Origin: Octopus vulgaris
Lineage: Eukaryota
NCBI GenBank assembly: GCA_951406725.2
Contig: OX597817.1
Coordinates: 118,668,001-118,732,000, forward strand
DNA: 64,000 bases
Direction of reading: 5' to 3'
In this document: positions 13,186 through 24,369 of the stretch, piece after piece
Layout of the letters: each line of letters begins with the position of its first letter
Numbering within the stretch: the stretch's first letter is position 1
Position numbers and translations under genes: made by a program
The notes under the pieces: generated by a model
Told to the model about the DNA's origin: nothing
Database searches by the model: none
What the model saw: the letters and a program-made list of their open reading frames with translations, nothing else

Positions 13186-13550
13186 AAGCTTGCTTCCCAA
13201 CCACGTTTCCGGGTTCAGTCCCACTGCGTGGCACCTTGGGCAGAGTGTCTTCTGCTATAACCCTTGTAAGTAGATTTAGTAGACAGAAAACGGAAGAAGC
13301 AAGTTGTATGTGTGTGTATGTGTGTATGTATGCATGTGTATCTTTCTTTCCCCCCCACGACTGCCAGCTTCGCTTAAATCCAATGTTGTTGTGTTCACTC
13401 CCCGTAAATTTGTGGTTTGACAAAGAAACCGATAGAATAAGTACTAGGCTTAAAAAATAAGTACACGGGTTGATTTTTTTCCACTAAAAATTCAAGACGG
13501 TATCGCAGCATGTCCGCAGTTTCATGGCTCAAAGAAGTCAAAGATAACAG
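13186..13550 (+). mobile_element. SINE family A lacking its A-box
   Basis: AAGCTTGCTTCCCAACCACGTTTCCGGGTTCAGTCCCACTGCGTGGCACCTTGGGC and family A 3' half. Confidence 0.9.
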
Positions 13551-13870
13551 ATAACAAACAAACACACACACCCCACACATTGGCTGTTCATAAGTTACGT
13601 TTAGATACAACTACAATTTCCTGTATAGTACCGCCGATATATGCTATGTGCAGCCAATGAAGCCCTCTTGGATCTGCTGAATTATCCTTCTTTTTCACAT
13701 CTTTTCTTGAAATTTTTCAGTTGCGAATGAAATTCATGGACACCCTATATGTACACACACACACAAACACATATTTACATGCATGAGCGCGTATGTGCGC
13801 ATTTGTGTGTGTGTGTGTATGCCTTCTGGATGGTGAGACGATGATAGGAACATGGTTAAACTGTTTAGAA

Positions 13871-15665
13871 TAGTGGTTTTTAACCTGGAGGCCGTCAGTA
13901 ATTTCCAAGGGGCTCGCGAGCCCTTGAGAAAATTCAGGAATTCTGTAAATATATTTGTTATTCTCTTAACAATAGCATGGTCAAATAATGAGAAGCTTAC
14001 GAAAAACTGCAAAAGTATCCCCTTATACCTTTAGTTTTCTTATTCTATTATGTTAGCACGCTTACGCTTTACTGTACTTAGTGACCCCTTCATATCCCTC
14101 AAAACCCTCACTAATTCTGAATTTGCCTTTATTTATTTATTTATTTTTTGTTACAAGACTCAGGTTAAGAGTATAAAGCTTAGATATTATTATCGTGTGA
14201 AGACAAAAGTATTTTTCAGTTAATAGATGTACAACAAGTTTGATCCAGTTTTTATATGCATGAAATAATGCGATTCTCTAAAATCAAGACTCATGCTGAA
14301 ACATTATCAAATCATTATCATAACCTACTAAGAAATATTAACTTTATTTAAAAAATTGAAAATTATTTTAAAATTTTAGCAAAATGAAATGTATGATATA
14401 TTTGAAAATAGGAAATAAAACAAAGAGTATGAAATAAGTTCTAGTACGCTCAATTTAATAAATTCGCAAAAAAATTTTAAATACAGATTGGAAAAATAAA
14501 AAATTGTAACAATAAAACCAAAATTTTTTATATTAAATATTTATGCTAAAAATATGGTAAAATTTTGTAAGAAAAAAGTTATAATATAAAGCCAAATATT
14601 AAACTAAAATTCCGATTTAAATATAACAGAAAGTATTAGGTACAACAAAAAGTTATACAAAATCTTTTGTTTTTAAAGAATTTTTTTAATATTTTCGTAC
14701 AAATAAATACAATATTTCATTGTACAAATTTTAAGCATAACTTTCCTTTTAATTTAAGTTTTATTCCAATATTTTTGTTTTAATTTTTTTCTCAGAACAT
14801 TTTACTCCAAGTGTTCTAACTAGGGTTAGCGTTCTAATTTGAGCCTTGACATTACCTTACCCGTCCCTTATCTTTTGTTCACATGTTTGTGTTGTCCACT
14901 GCACAGCAAATAAGTTGAAATGAGTGCAAAGAAACGGAAGTAACTTGACGAACATATCCTATTTGGATTTGTGTCCCTTCAAATGGGTGAGACAGAAGTC
15001 CCCCAGTGAGTGATATGTTACAGAAGTTTGAACAGTGATGAAATGCGACCCTAACGTTTGGAACGACACTTCTTGCTCTCGCAGACAAGACCAAGGCATT
15101 CTTGGAAGCAAAGAGACATTCCTTGAAGTAAACTAAGTAGTTGGGCATTTAGGTAACAAACTTCAATGGTTTTTGAGGCTTCCTATGAGATCGCCATGTT
15201 GAATGTAAAGAGCAAGAAGAGCCATAACATAGGCGAGTCTCTTGTAAAACCAAGTCCACTCCGTGAAGCAGAACTAGTTCTGGGGAAAGATAGCGCAAAC
15301 AAGCTTTCCCAGATTTCACTATCAAACAATACAGTCAAATGAAAAGTCGACCACTTGTCTGAAGACATCAAAGATCAAATTCTCGACCAGTGTGACGAAA
15401 CGACTGACATCGTTCAGTGTTCTTGGCTACTGGTATATGCTCGTTTTGATTCAGGCAACTGTGCAAAAGAGGAAATATTGTTGTGTCACTCTATGGATAG
15501 TTGTAGAACAGCAGCGTCTATTTTTCGTGATGTATCAAACTTCTTTCAGGGAAACAAGCTTTCCTGGGATTCGCTGGAATGGGTGTGCACTGATGGAGCT
15601 CCATCCATGCTTGGTCTGTAATCTAGATTCATTACTAGGGTGCATTCGAATCATACCATCTGTGG
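13871..15665 (+). mobile_element. Degenerate hAT (Buster/SCAND3-like) transposon, 5' portion with one TIR
   Basis: TIR TAGTGGTTTTTAACCTGG after GTTTAGAA; remnants KSKKSHNIGESLVKP, QISLSNNTVK, QCDETTDIVQCSWLLVYARF, VCTDGAPSMLG; 14760-15660 is an inverted homologue of 5780-6680. Confidence 0.88.
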
Positions 15666-15724
15666 AATGCTCTATTTTGCATGAAATTTCAAGCCTTTAT
15701 AAAATGATTGTATTACTTACATAA

Positions 15725-15940
15725 TGTAAGGCTGCAAGTTGGCAGAATCATTAGCGCACCGGGCAAAATTGTTAGCGGTATTTCTCCCGTGTTCTGAGTT
15801 CAAATTCCCCGAAAGTCAACTTTACCTTTCAACCTATCGGATTCGATAAAATAAATACCAGCTGATTACTATGGTCAATGTAATCGTCATAAACCCACTC
15901 CCGAAATTGCTAGACTTTTACCAAAATTTGATATCAATAT
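15725..15940 (+). mobile_element. SINE family B (other copies about 16685-16850, 17040-17215 minus, 29915-30140, 32085-32360, 42160-42290 minus, 50430-50625)
   Basis: GGCAGAATCATTAGC...GTTCTGAGTTCAAATTCC...GATAAAATAAATACCAG; tRNA-like head with B box. Confidence 0.8.
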
Positions 15941-16008
15941 TTATAAATTATATTCTAACGCACACACACACACACCCACACATATACGTACTCACATATA
16001 TACATATA

Positions 16009-16515
16009 TCAGTTCATCCCATAAGTGCTGTCCGAATTTTAAATAAAGAAAACAAGTGATCAAATGTTATATTAAATAGAAATTTAATCATCAATGTACT
16101 TTCCCGGACTATCTATGACTTCCTTCCATCTATTTACAAACTTTTTGAACTTATCAATGTAAAACTCTTTTGGTTTCAAAGCGAAGAACTCTGAAATGTC
16201 AGTTTCTACCTCCTCCTGGCTTACGAAAGTTATGTCCCCCAAATGATTCTGTAAGCTACGAAACAAATGATAGTCTGAAGGAGCAAAGTAGGGAGAATAA
16301 GTGGATGAGGAATTTTTTTCCCAACCAAGCTCTTCGATCGTCTGTGATGTGATCTTTGCAGTGTGGGGTCGCACATTGTCCCGATGAAACATCACTCCTT
16401 TCCGATTCACTAAATCTTCAAAGCTAGTTCAAATGCTCTAATTGCTGACAGTAGACTTGAGCATTGATTGTTGCATTAGGTGGTAACAATTCAAAGTGAA
16501 TTACTCCTTTCAATC
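16009..16515 (-). mobile_element. mariner (DD34D) transposon, 3' fragment with TIR
   Basis: RKGVMFHRDNVRPH...YSPYFAPSDYHLFRSLQNHL...RWKEVIDSPGKYID; terminal TA-TCAGTTCATCCCATAAG. Confidence 0.92.
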
Positions 16516-16519
16516 ATAC

Positions 16520-16684
16520 CAGATAGAGAGAAGAATCGTTTTTCCCATGAAGTTCCCTACTCGGTTGTGGTTGAGCTTTTTCCCTTTTACCAAGCCAGTT
16601 TCCGACGTTTAACATCCGATAGAAGACCCATCTGTCCTTATTTGTCTCCTCTGTGTTTATCCCCTTGTGGGTAATGAAGAAATA
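16520..16684 (+). mobile_element. LINE-like 3' UTR/tail fused into a family B SINE
   Basis: Tail TCTGTCCTTATTTGTCTCCTCTGTGTTTATCCCCTTGTGGGTAATGAAGAAATA resembles tails at 13125-13185 and 50105-50158; the sequence upstream of it is not SINE body. Confidence 0.6.
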
Positions 16685-18294
16685 GGTATTTCGTCTGTCT
16701 TTATGTTCGGAGCTCAAATTTCTCTACGGTCGACTTTGCCTTTCATTCTTTCGGGGTCGATAAATTAAGTACCAGTTGCGTACTGGGTTCGATCTAATCG
16801 ACTGGTCCCATCCCCCAAAATGTTGGGCCTTGTGCCTAGAGTAGAAAAGAAGGAAAAAAAAGATGCTCTAGTACATTCAGTCGAAAATAAGCGCCAGTCA
16901 CACCTGAAAGATAACCATGCATAAGTACAAGAGTTGCTGTATGGTAAGAAGGCGGCTTCCCCTCTACTTGTTTCCGGGTTCAATCCCACAGCGAACTCAT
17001 TTCACCCTTTTTGGTTAGACTTGTGTCTGCTGACAAAAACGGATTAAGTCGATTATATTGACCCCAGTGCGTAACTGGTACTTAATCTATCGACCCCGAA
17101 AGGATGAAAGGCAATGTCGACCTCGGCGGAATTTGAACTCAGAACGTAACGGCAGACGAAATACCGCTAAACATTTCGCCTGGTGAGCTAACGTTTCTGC
17201 CAGCTCGCCACCGTAATGTACTAGCGCATCGTGAAATGAGATTCGTTGCTGTAGAAGATAACGCGCTGTCCATTTCAAAGAATCGAACCCATGCCCTGAC
17301 GATTCAAACTATTAAACTGTGTAGTTTCATGTAAAACACGAAACACTGTACTAATTAGAAATATAAGTATCTTTAGATTACAATTGATTAATTTTCCTAT
17401 CCGAGCTGAAGGATTACGGAGTATAATTTTATTTTCAACAATTACTTTTTATTTTAATTCGAGTATTATCTGAACGTTCTAAATGTGTCTTTTCTATCTT
17501 GATTAAAATCATCTCTTCTGGATAAAGAGAGACGACTGATTGTCTATTCATTCAGATGTCGATGATATTTTCAAAATGTATAATCATTCCGACATATGTT
17601 GGATTTTCAGCTTCGTACATCAGGTAAATTCGGTTACCGGGGAAAATATCCGTATGATTGTGTGTGTCGCTATGTGAGTGCGTGCGTGTGTGTGTATGTG
17701 TCACTATGTATATGTGTGTGTTGTGTGTGTGTGTGCGTGCACCAAGCGTGTATATATTTGCATGGTACAGTAGCCTAAACCAATGTCATCTACCAAAGCT
17801 TTAGTTTGGCTAAATTTGGTAGACTAAAATTATGTGAGAGTCTGCTACAAATACAATGTGTGTGTGTGTGTGTCTCTGTGTGTGTGTGTGTCTGTGTCTG
17901 TGTGTGTGTGTGCATTTGCATTGGGCAGCACCTTGAACTAATGTTAGCTACTAACGACGGAGGTTGACTAATATTATGTGGCTCGAAATTTGGTTGACTA
18001 AAACTGTACACAAGACCGTCATATATATATACATGTATGTGGGAGAGGGCGGACGGCGACGCAAAACATGTGGCTTAGCGGTTAAAGCGTAGCACTCATT
18101 GTCGTAAAATTGCGATTTCAATTTCTGGTCGGGTGATGTATTGCGTTTTTGAGAGAAACAATTTTTTCACATCAGTCCACATAGCTGACAAAAATGAGGA
18201 CGAATAATCCTGCGACTGGCCAACATCTCATCCCGGGATGTGGTGGGAGGATATATACGAGCACCATCAGCCAATGGCTAAGGGAAGGAGCTTT

Positions 18295-18358
<64 letters not shown>

Positions 18359-18484
18359 GCATGTTTGTATGCTGGAGAGGGGATAGCACGTTCTTTGTCT
18401 ATCTCCTTAACTTCTTAGAGATTTTAGGTATAATTATACTAATATTTCAATATGTTCTAATTTAATTAAATTCTATGTCTTCGT

Positions 18485-18570
18485 GCAGCTGAGGATTGCT
18501 CTGCATTTTAAATTGATGTAATGATTGCATTGTTCACTTAAATGGAGTTGCATGAAACGATCGTACTCTG
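18485..18570 (+). ncRNA. Type I hammerhead ribozyme, degenerate copy of the 22665 family
   Basis: CTGAGGA (18489-95), long imperfect stem II, GAAA (18554-57), palindromic ACGATCGT, GUA triplet; weak stem I and U-U at 10.1/11.1; downstream CTTGTTGCTTATTTTGATTATA identical to the 22665 copy. Confidence 0.7.
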
Positions 18571-18592
18571 GATATCCTTGTTGCTTATTTTG

Positions 18593-18643
<51 letters not shown>

Positions 18644-18647
<4 letters not shown>

Positions 18648-18830
18648 CAAACTTACAGAAAGCAAAAGACGAAGGCAAATGAAGGAACAACAAGCAGGTG
18701 TATTAGATTAACATTCGGGAAGAATCGAAAAGTCTTTGACGTTTCGAGCCTACGCTTTTCAGCAGAAAGGACTGAGAGTGGAAAAAACGGAGATCGAACG
18801 AAAAAGAACGAAGAGGGTGAATAAATGGGG
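18644..18830 (-). mobile_element. Short Penelope-associated-type element with variant minimal hammerhead (18734-18769)
   Basis: Minus strand: CTTT-CTGCTGA-A-AAGC-GTAG-GCTC-GAAAC-GTC-AAAG; homologous to 59806-59990 and 47305-47503; abuts (TA)n. Confidence 0.7.
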
Positions 18831-19309
18831 GGGGGGGGGCTAACTATTGACCATGAAGAAATAGTCGGAAGAAAGAGGCTGATATATGTGTATATTCATG
18901 CTATATGTGAAGGTGCATGACACAGTGTTTAGAGCGTCGGGCTCGCTATCATGAGGCAGTGAGTTCTATTCCCGGACCGGCTGTGTATTGTGTTCATGAG
19001 CAAGACACTTAATTTTACGTTTCTCCAGTTCACTCAGTTGTAGAAATGACGTCACTTTGTATCAGCTTTGGTAACAAATTTTGTGTCAATGCGTAACAGC
19101 TTTTACCTTTCTCTTAGATATCATCGGTGGCGTGAAGAGGTAAGGCTAGTATGCATGGGTGACTGCTGCTCCTTTATAAGCAACCCTGCCCGGACTTGTG
19201 CCTCGGAGGATAATTTTCTAGACCCACTCTCATGGTCATTCTAGACCGAAAAAATTCTTTTCATGTATGTATGCGCATATATGAATACATGTGCATATAT
19301 ATTTGTAAG

Positions 19310-19384
<75 letters not shown>

Positions 19385-19408
19385 TTATTGATGTATATAT
19401 GTATGCAT

Positions 19409-20010
19409 GATATGTCAGGTCACTTTCGAGTGTTACTCGTAACATGTAACCCAGTACAACCTGTTGCATGGTCGGGTCGTCGGCGACTAAATCGGCAACC
19501 CCACCAAGATTGCTTGGGAGGAGGGTGTTTATTGGACACCCTGCAGGATGAAAAACAAAACCCGTCAAAGGGCGGAGGAACTCTTGAGAGTCAAAGGCCA
19601 TCCAATAAATGTCTTAAGGCTGTATCATGCGCGGGGACATAGAAATAATCAGACTGACTACCCGATCGCGCGGTTAAACCATTGGGAGTGAAGGACTCCT
19701 AGCCTTTGTTAGGGCATCCTTCTAGGAGAAGGTAACTCAGGTAACTGGGATAACTCCGACATAAAACCTGCGGCTCAGTGGTTACCGATGATGTTGAGTT
19801 CTGCTTCTTTTGGGATTATGGCTGCTGTTGCCTAGTGAGTGGGATTGACTCAGTGCGCAGCCTTTCCTCACTTTCAAAAAAATATTCTTGCACAGGCATT
19901 GCACGATAACAACATTTATTAAGCTTCGTGCAATGGCCATACTCGATAACGAGGGGGCAGCCACCATGTATGTATGTATGTATGTATGTATGTATGTATG
20001 TATGTATGTA
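19409..20010 (+). mobile_element. Non-autonomous RTE-like element (structured 5' UTR, 3' hairpin, (TATG)n tail)
   Basis: GC-rich insert in a microsatellite; GGGCATCCTTCTAGGAGAAGGTAACTC resembles the CTAGGAGAAGG-AAACTC motif of RTE 5' UTRs; 3' hairpin GGCATTGCACGA...TCGTGCAATGGCC; ends in a short tandem repeat tail as RTEs do. Confidence 0.55.
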
Positions 20011-21114
20011 TCTTTGTGTGTGTGTCTTATTTTACTCATATCAGTCATTAAATTGCATTCTTACCTTCCGGAGATTAACCGAGGGATCTCCATTTTTGCT
20101 CCGTTCGAAATTTCAAAAGCATTCGACTCCCAGCAATCCATTAGTGTACAAATTAATACTGAAAATTCATAAATTTCAATAATATGAGGTACATTAAATT
20201 TAACTGAAAAACAAAACCTAACTTGAGATGAAACGTTAATTATAACACTTAGTTAAAATAAAATATTTCAGTTGATAATTTACAACTTCAATTTTACAAA
20301 AACTTAAATTAATCAAAAATATAACTTTAAATTAATACTTTTATATAGATAGGACCAAATTCTAAGTTTCTTAGTCCTTGAGCTTGATATCTGTTGGAAA
20401 TGCTTTTTATTTCAGTCTCTAACTTAACCAGAGACCGTCTAAATTTTCCTTGTTTCGACGTATCCAGTAGGTTCCTTTTCCACTGCAGTAAATTATTTAC
20501 ACCTCTGAAACCATTTTCCACTGTGAAAAATGGAATTGTAATATTAACTCACTAACCAAGTTAGTAGTATTCAATCGGTAACAAATCGCACCACAATTTC
20601 TTGTACTATCCATATATTTTTAACAAAGACGTCATTTATATTTTAGTCATTCTTTTTGGTACTTCATTAACCAAATAAAATAGTCCTGCTAGCAATGTTT
20701 ATGTTAGCAAAAGTGGAATCCTCATTTCTTTTAAATCAGGAAATCTGTGATTTAATCACTGGCTACTATTTCCTAATGATCGACAGTCCGAATGATCGTC
20801 AGTAAAGCATCATCAGTTACATCCAACTTTATCTTTTAACGTTTACGTTTCAGTCTTTGGACGATTGCCATGTTGAGGAAATGCCTTGAGGGGTTTAGTT
20901 AAGGAAATTGACACCAGTTCTTATTTTTAAAACTCCAAAACTTTTTTATATGCTACTGAACTCTATTTGTCGAACCGCTACTTTTGGGGGAGAAAAACAA
21001 AATCAAAAATGACACACGTACAAACACACTCATCACGCATTTAGAATCACACACGCACATATACACACATCTACACACATACGCACACACACATATATAT
21101 ATATACATATATAC

Positions 21115-21149
<35 letters not shown>

Positions 21150-21378
21150 ATTTCAACAATATTAAGGAATGGCCCTGATAGGCCATTCGACTCACTAGAA
21201 AGAGCAGTCAAACTCAAACCGCTAAATAGTAGTAATTTAGAAATCAAAGGAAAATTAAAAACATTTACCCTAATCATCCTTGGACAATGCATTGTTTCTA
21301 AACGATAATACTTATCGTTTTGTTTACCATGTAGGCAGTCATCGAAATTTTTGTTTGTCTTGTTGTCGAGATAGGCTC

Positions 21379-21471
21379 CCTTTCTTTCCTGATGAGAAGA
21401 TTGCATAATGCACCCTTTATTCCTTTGGAATGAAACCATGTTGTCTTCGAAACATATGTCGAGAGTAAAGG
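21379..21471 (+). ncRNA. Type I hammerhead ribozyme, apparently intact (predicted cleavage after C21460)
   Basis: Stem I CCTTT-CTTTC / GAGAG-T-AAAGG; core CTGATGA 21389-95; stem II GAAGA/TCTTC with internal hairpin TTTATTCC/GGAATGAA; GAAA 21449-52; palindromic stem III ACATATGT; GUC triplet. Confidence 0.9.
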
Positions 21472-21510
21472 AATTTTGTTAACATCTTCGTTCGACTCCA
21501 TTCTTTCATT

Positions 21511-21512
<2 letters not shown>

Positions 21513-21555
<43 letters not shown>

Positions 21556-21642
21556 TATACATATATATTCATATATATACATATATATAATATATATACA
21601 TATATATACATATATATTCATATATATAATATATATATATAA

Positions 21643-21687
<45 letters not shown>

Positions 21688-21790
21688 GTATATTTACATA
21701 TATAATAGATATAAACAATAAATATATACATATAATAAATATATATATAACCAATATATATATATATATATATATATTATATTATATTAA
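21513..21790. repeat. Degenerate (TA)n array (similar arrays about 22420-22530, 23395-23625, 27420-27557, 47181-47303, 61595-61659)
   Basis: Direct. Confidence 0.95.
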
Positions 21791-21921
21791 ATTAGAGACA
21801 AAACCACTAGTAGGCCTTTAAGCCATATAATATTTTACTATAAAATTGGATTCAATCCTAAATCAGATTTTTCCCTGTAAGTTTGGATTGATTCACTAAT
21901 ATTTATTATATATATATATAT

Positions 21922-21964
<43 letters not shown>

Positions 21965-22002
21965 GATAGATAGATAGATATAGATATATATACACACACA
22001 AT

Positions 22003-22415
22003 ATGAGTGGTTGTGTGGTAAGTAGCTTGCTTACCAACCACATAATTCCGGGTTCAATCCCACTTCATTGCACCTTGGGCAGGTGTCCTCTAATATAGCT
22101 ACGAACCGACCAAAACCTTGTGAGTAGATTTGGTAGACAGAAACTGAAAGAAGGCCGTCATAATATATATATGTGCGCGCGTGCGTGTGTGTGTGTATGT
22201 GTGTGTTTGTGTGTCTGTGTTTGTTCCCGGCTCCCTAACATTGCTTTACACTCCATGCTGATGTGTTTACGTCCGCGTAACCTAGCAGTTCGACAAAAAG
22301 ATACCGATAGAATAAGTACTAGGCTTACAAAGAACAAGTCCAGGGGTCGATTTGCTCGACTAAAAGGCGGTGCTCCTGCATGGCCGCAGTCAAATGACTC
22401 AAACAAGTAAAAGAA
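22003..22415 (+). mobile_element. SINE family A, near full length
   Basis: Intact tRNA-like head GAGTGGTTGTGTGGTAAGTAGCTTGCTTACCAACC...GGGTTCAATCCC, central microsatellite, tail ...AAACAAGTAAAAG. Confidence 0.92.
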
Positions 22416-22664
22416 CAGAATATATAATATATATACATATATAATATATTTACATATATATATATAGAGATTATATATATTTATATATATATATATATAT
22501 ATATACATATATATATACATATATATATATAAGTTCAGCAAAAATTTAGATTCAAAAGAATATGGTACTTTATTTAGATGCACCAGAATTTTGTATGGTG
22601 TTATCCATAAAAATATGTGGGGTGATTATAATCAAAATAAGCAACAAGAATGAATGACTCCGGT

Positions 22665-22750
22665 AATTTGGTACGATCGTTTCGTAATACATCATTAAAT
22701 GTTGTAAGCATTACAACAGATTTAAGATGCTGAGTACTCATCAGCCAATT
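22665..22750 (-). ncRNA. Type I hammerhead ribozyme with long stem II, apparently intact (predicted cleavage between 22672 and 22671)
   Basis: Minus strand: AATTGG-CTGATGA-GTA...GCATC-TTAAA-TC-TGTTGTAA-TGC-TTACAACA-TTTAA-T-GATGT...TAC-GAAA-CGATCG-TA-CCAAATT; all core nucleotides present, G10.1-C11.1 pair, GUA triplet. Confidence 0.9.
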
Positions 22751-23393
22751 ATGGAGGTTTTCCATTAATAAAAACATTTTCAAATCAAGTGGCAACATTA
22801 TAGAGAAGGTAGATATACAGACAAAGATGTGGATTTAAATTTTAAGAACATATGAGTTAGTGAAGTCCTTCTACTTACTGACTAAGATATGGTTGTTCCT
22901 AACTGCTGTAAGGCTAGAAGCAATAAAGATTTTTTAATTATAGAAATGGGGTAAAGGTGGTTTCAGAACTCCATAAAAGGATTTCATGTTGAAGACAGCA
23001 ATTGCCACTAAGAAATCCCAATTACTGCTATTTGAAGAGAGAAACTAGGTCAATGTCAAATGGTCCTGATCCCATTCACAGAGAGTGTAATTTAGAGAAA
23101 AAAGGGGGAAAAAAACCTATTATTTATTATTATGAGTAGGTATAGTATTTTTTAACTGGGGGGAAAGACTTATTAATTTTAAAGCTAGATTAATTTTAGA
23201 AAAAAATTCCAATTTCAAGTTTGTAGTGAAGTTTCTTTAGTCATCTATGAATGTTAAATTGAAAGCTAGTATAGTATATTTCTTCTTATTTCATTATAAA
23301 TAATTAAAATTTGAAAAATATAGGAATACTCACAAAATTATTATTTAAAGTATATAAACGTTCGGGTTGTGCAATGTATACAAGATACTCCTA

Positions 23394-23506
<113 letters not shown>

Positions 23507-23560
23507 ATATATATATACATATATACATATATAATATTTAGATATACAATATATATATAC

Positions 23561-23610
<50 letters not shown>

Positions 23611-23742
23611 ATTTATACATATATAACACATATCACATTATATCACATTATAGCTGTTACATGAGAAAAGCCATTGCCAAGAATGTAATATACCTTTACA
23701 TACACACATACATACACAAACATGTGTGTGCATGCTTTTGTG

Positions 23743-23774
<32 letters not shown>

Positions 23775-23808
23775 CAATATATATACATATAGTATATATA
23801 CACACGCA

Positions 23809-24026
23809 CGAGGGGTGCTGAAAGTACCTGGCTTTGTTTAAGAGAAAATACAGTAGGATCAGTTAATTATGATTTTATCCAACATATTCCATTCTCAGAT
23901 TATTCATACACTTATTGCTGCGGTCTTTCAGCTTTTCTAACCACTATAAATGAAATCGAAAGTTTGAACCTCCAACCAGGCCTTTCACGATTGCCTTAAA
24001 ACCAAGAACTTTTCAGTACCCCCTCA
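23809..24026. mobile_element. mariner-type MITE
   Basis: TIRs CGAGGGGTGCTGAAAGTACCTGG / CCAAGAACTTTTCAGTACCCCCTCA followed by TA. Confidence 0.8.
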
Positions 24027-24061
24027 TATATGTCTGTGTTTGTGTGTGTGTGCGTGTATAA

Positions 24062-24115
<54 letters not shown>

Positions 24116-24369
24116 GATGGGTGTATTTGTGTTTCCGTCAACCAAATCCCCGAGAAGGATCTGGTTGGCCTGAGTCTGCAGTAGAAAACACTTGAACAAG
24201 GTGCCACGAATGAGACTGAGTCCAAGAGCACATGATCGAGAAACAAGCTTCTTATATACAACAGTCATATATACACACACAAAAGCACACACACACGCAC
24301 ACACACACATACAAAAGCCTGCATACACACAGACATATGTCTGTGTATGTATGTGTGTATGTAAAGGTA

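Noticed and set aside
20760-20822. Two CTGA(T/C)GA words and a GAAA on the minus strand
   Set aside because: No consistent stems II/III or NUH geometry.
22003-22075. tRNA genes (also 2391, 49927)
   Set aside because: A/B boxes are present but there is no complete cloverleaf; they continue into repeated SINE bodies.
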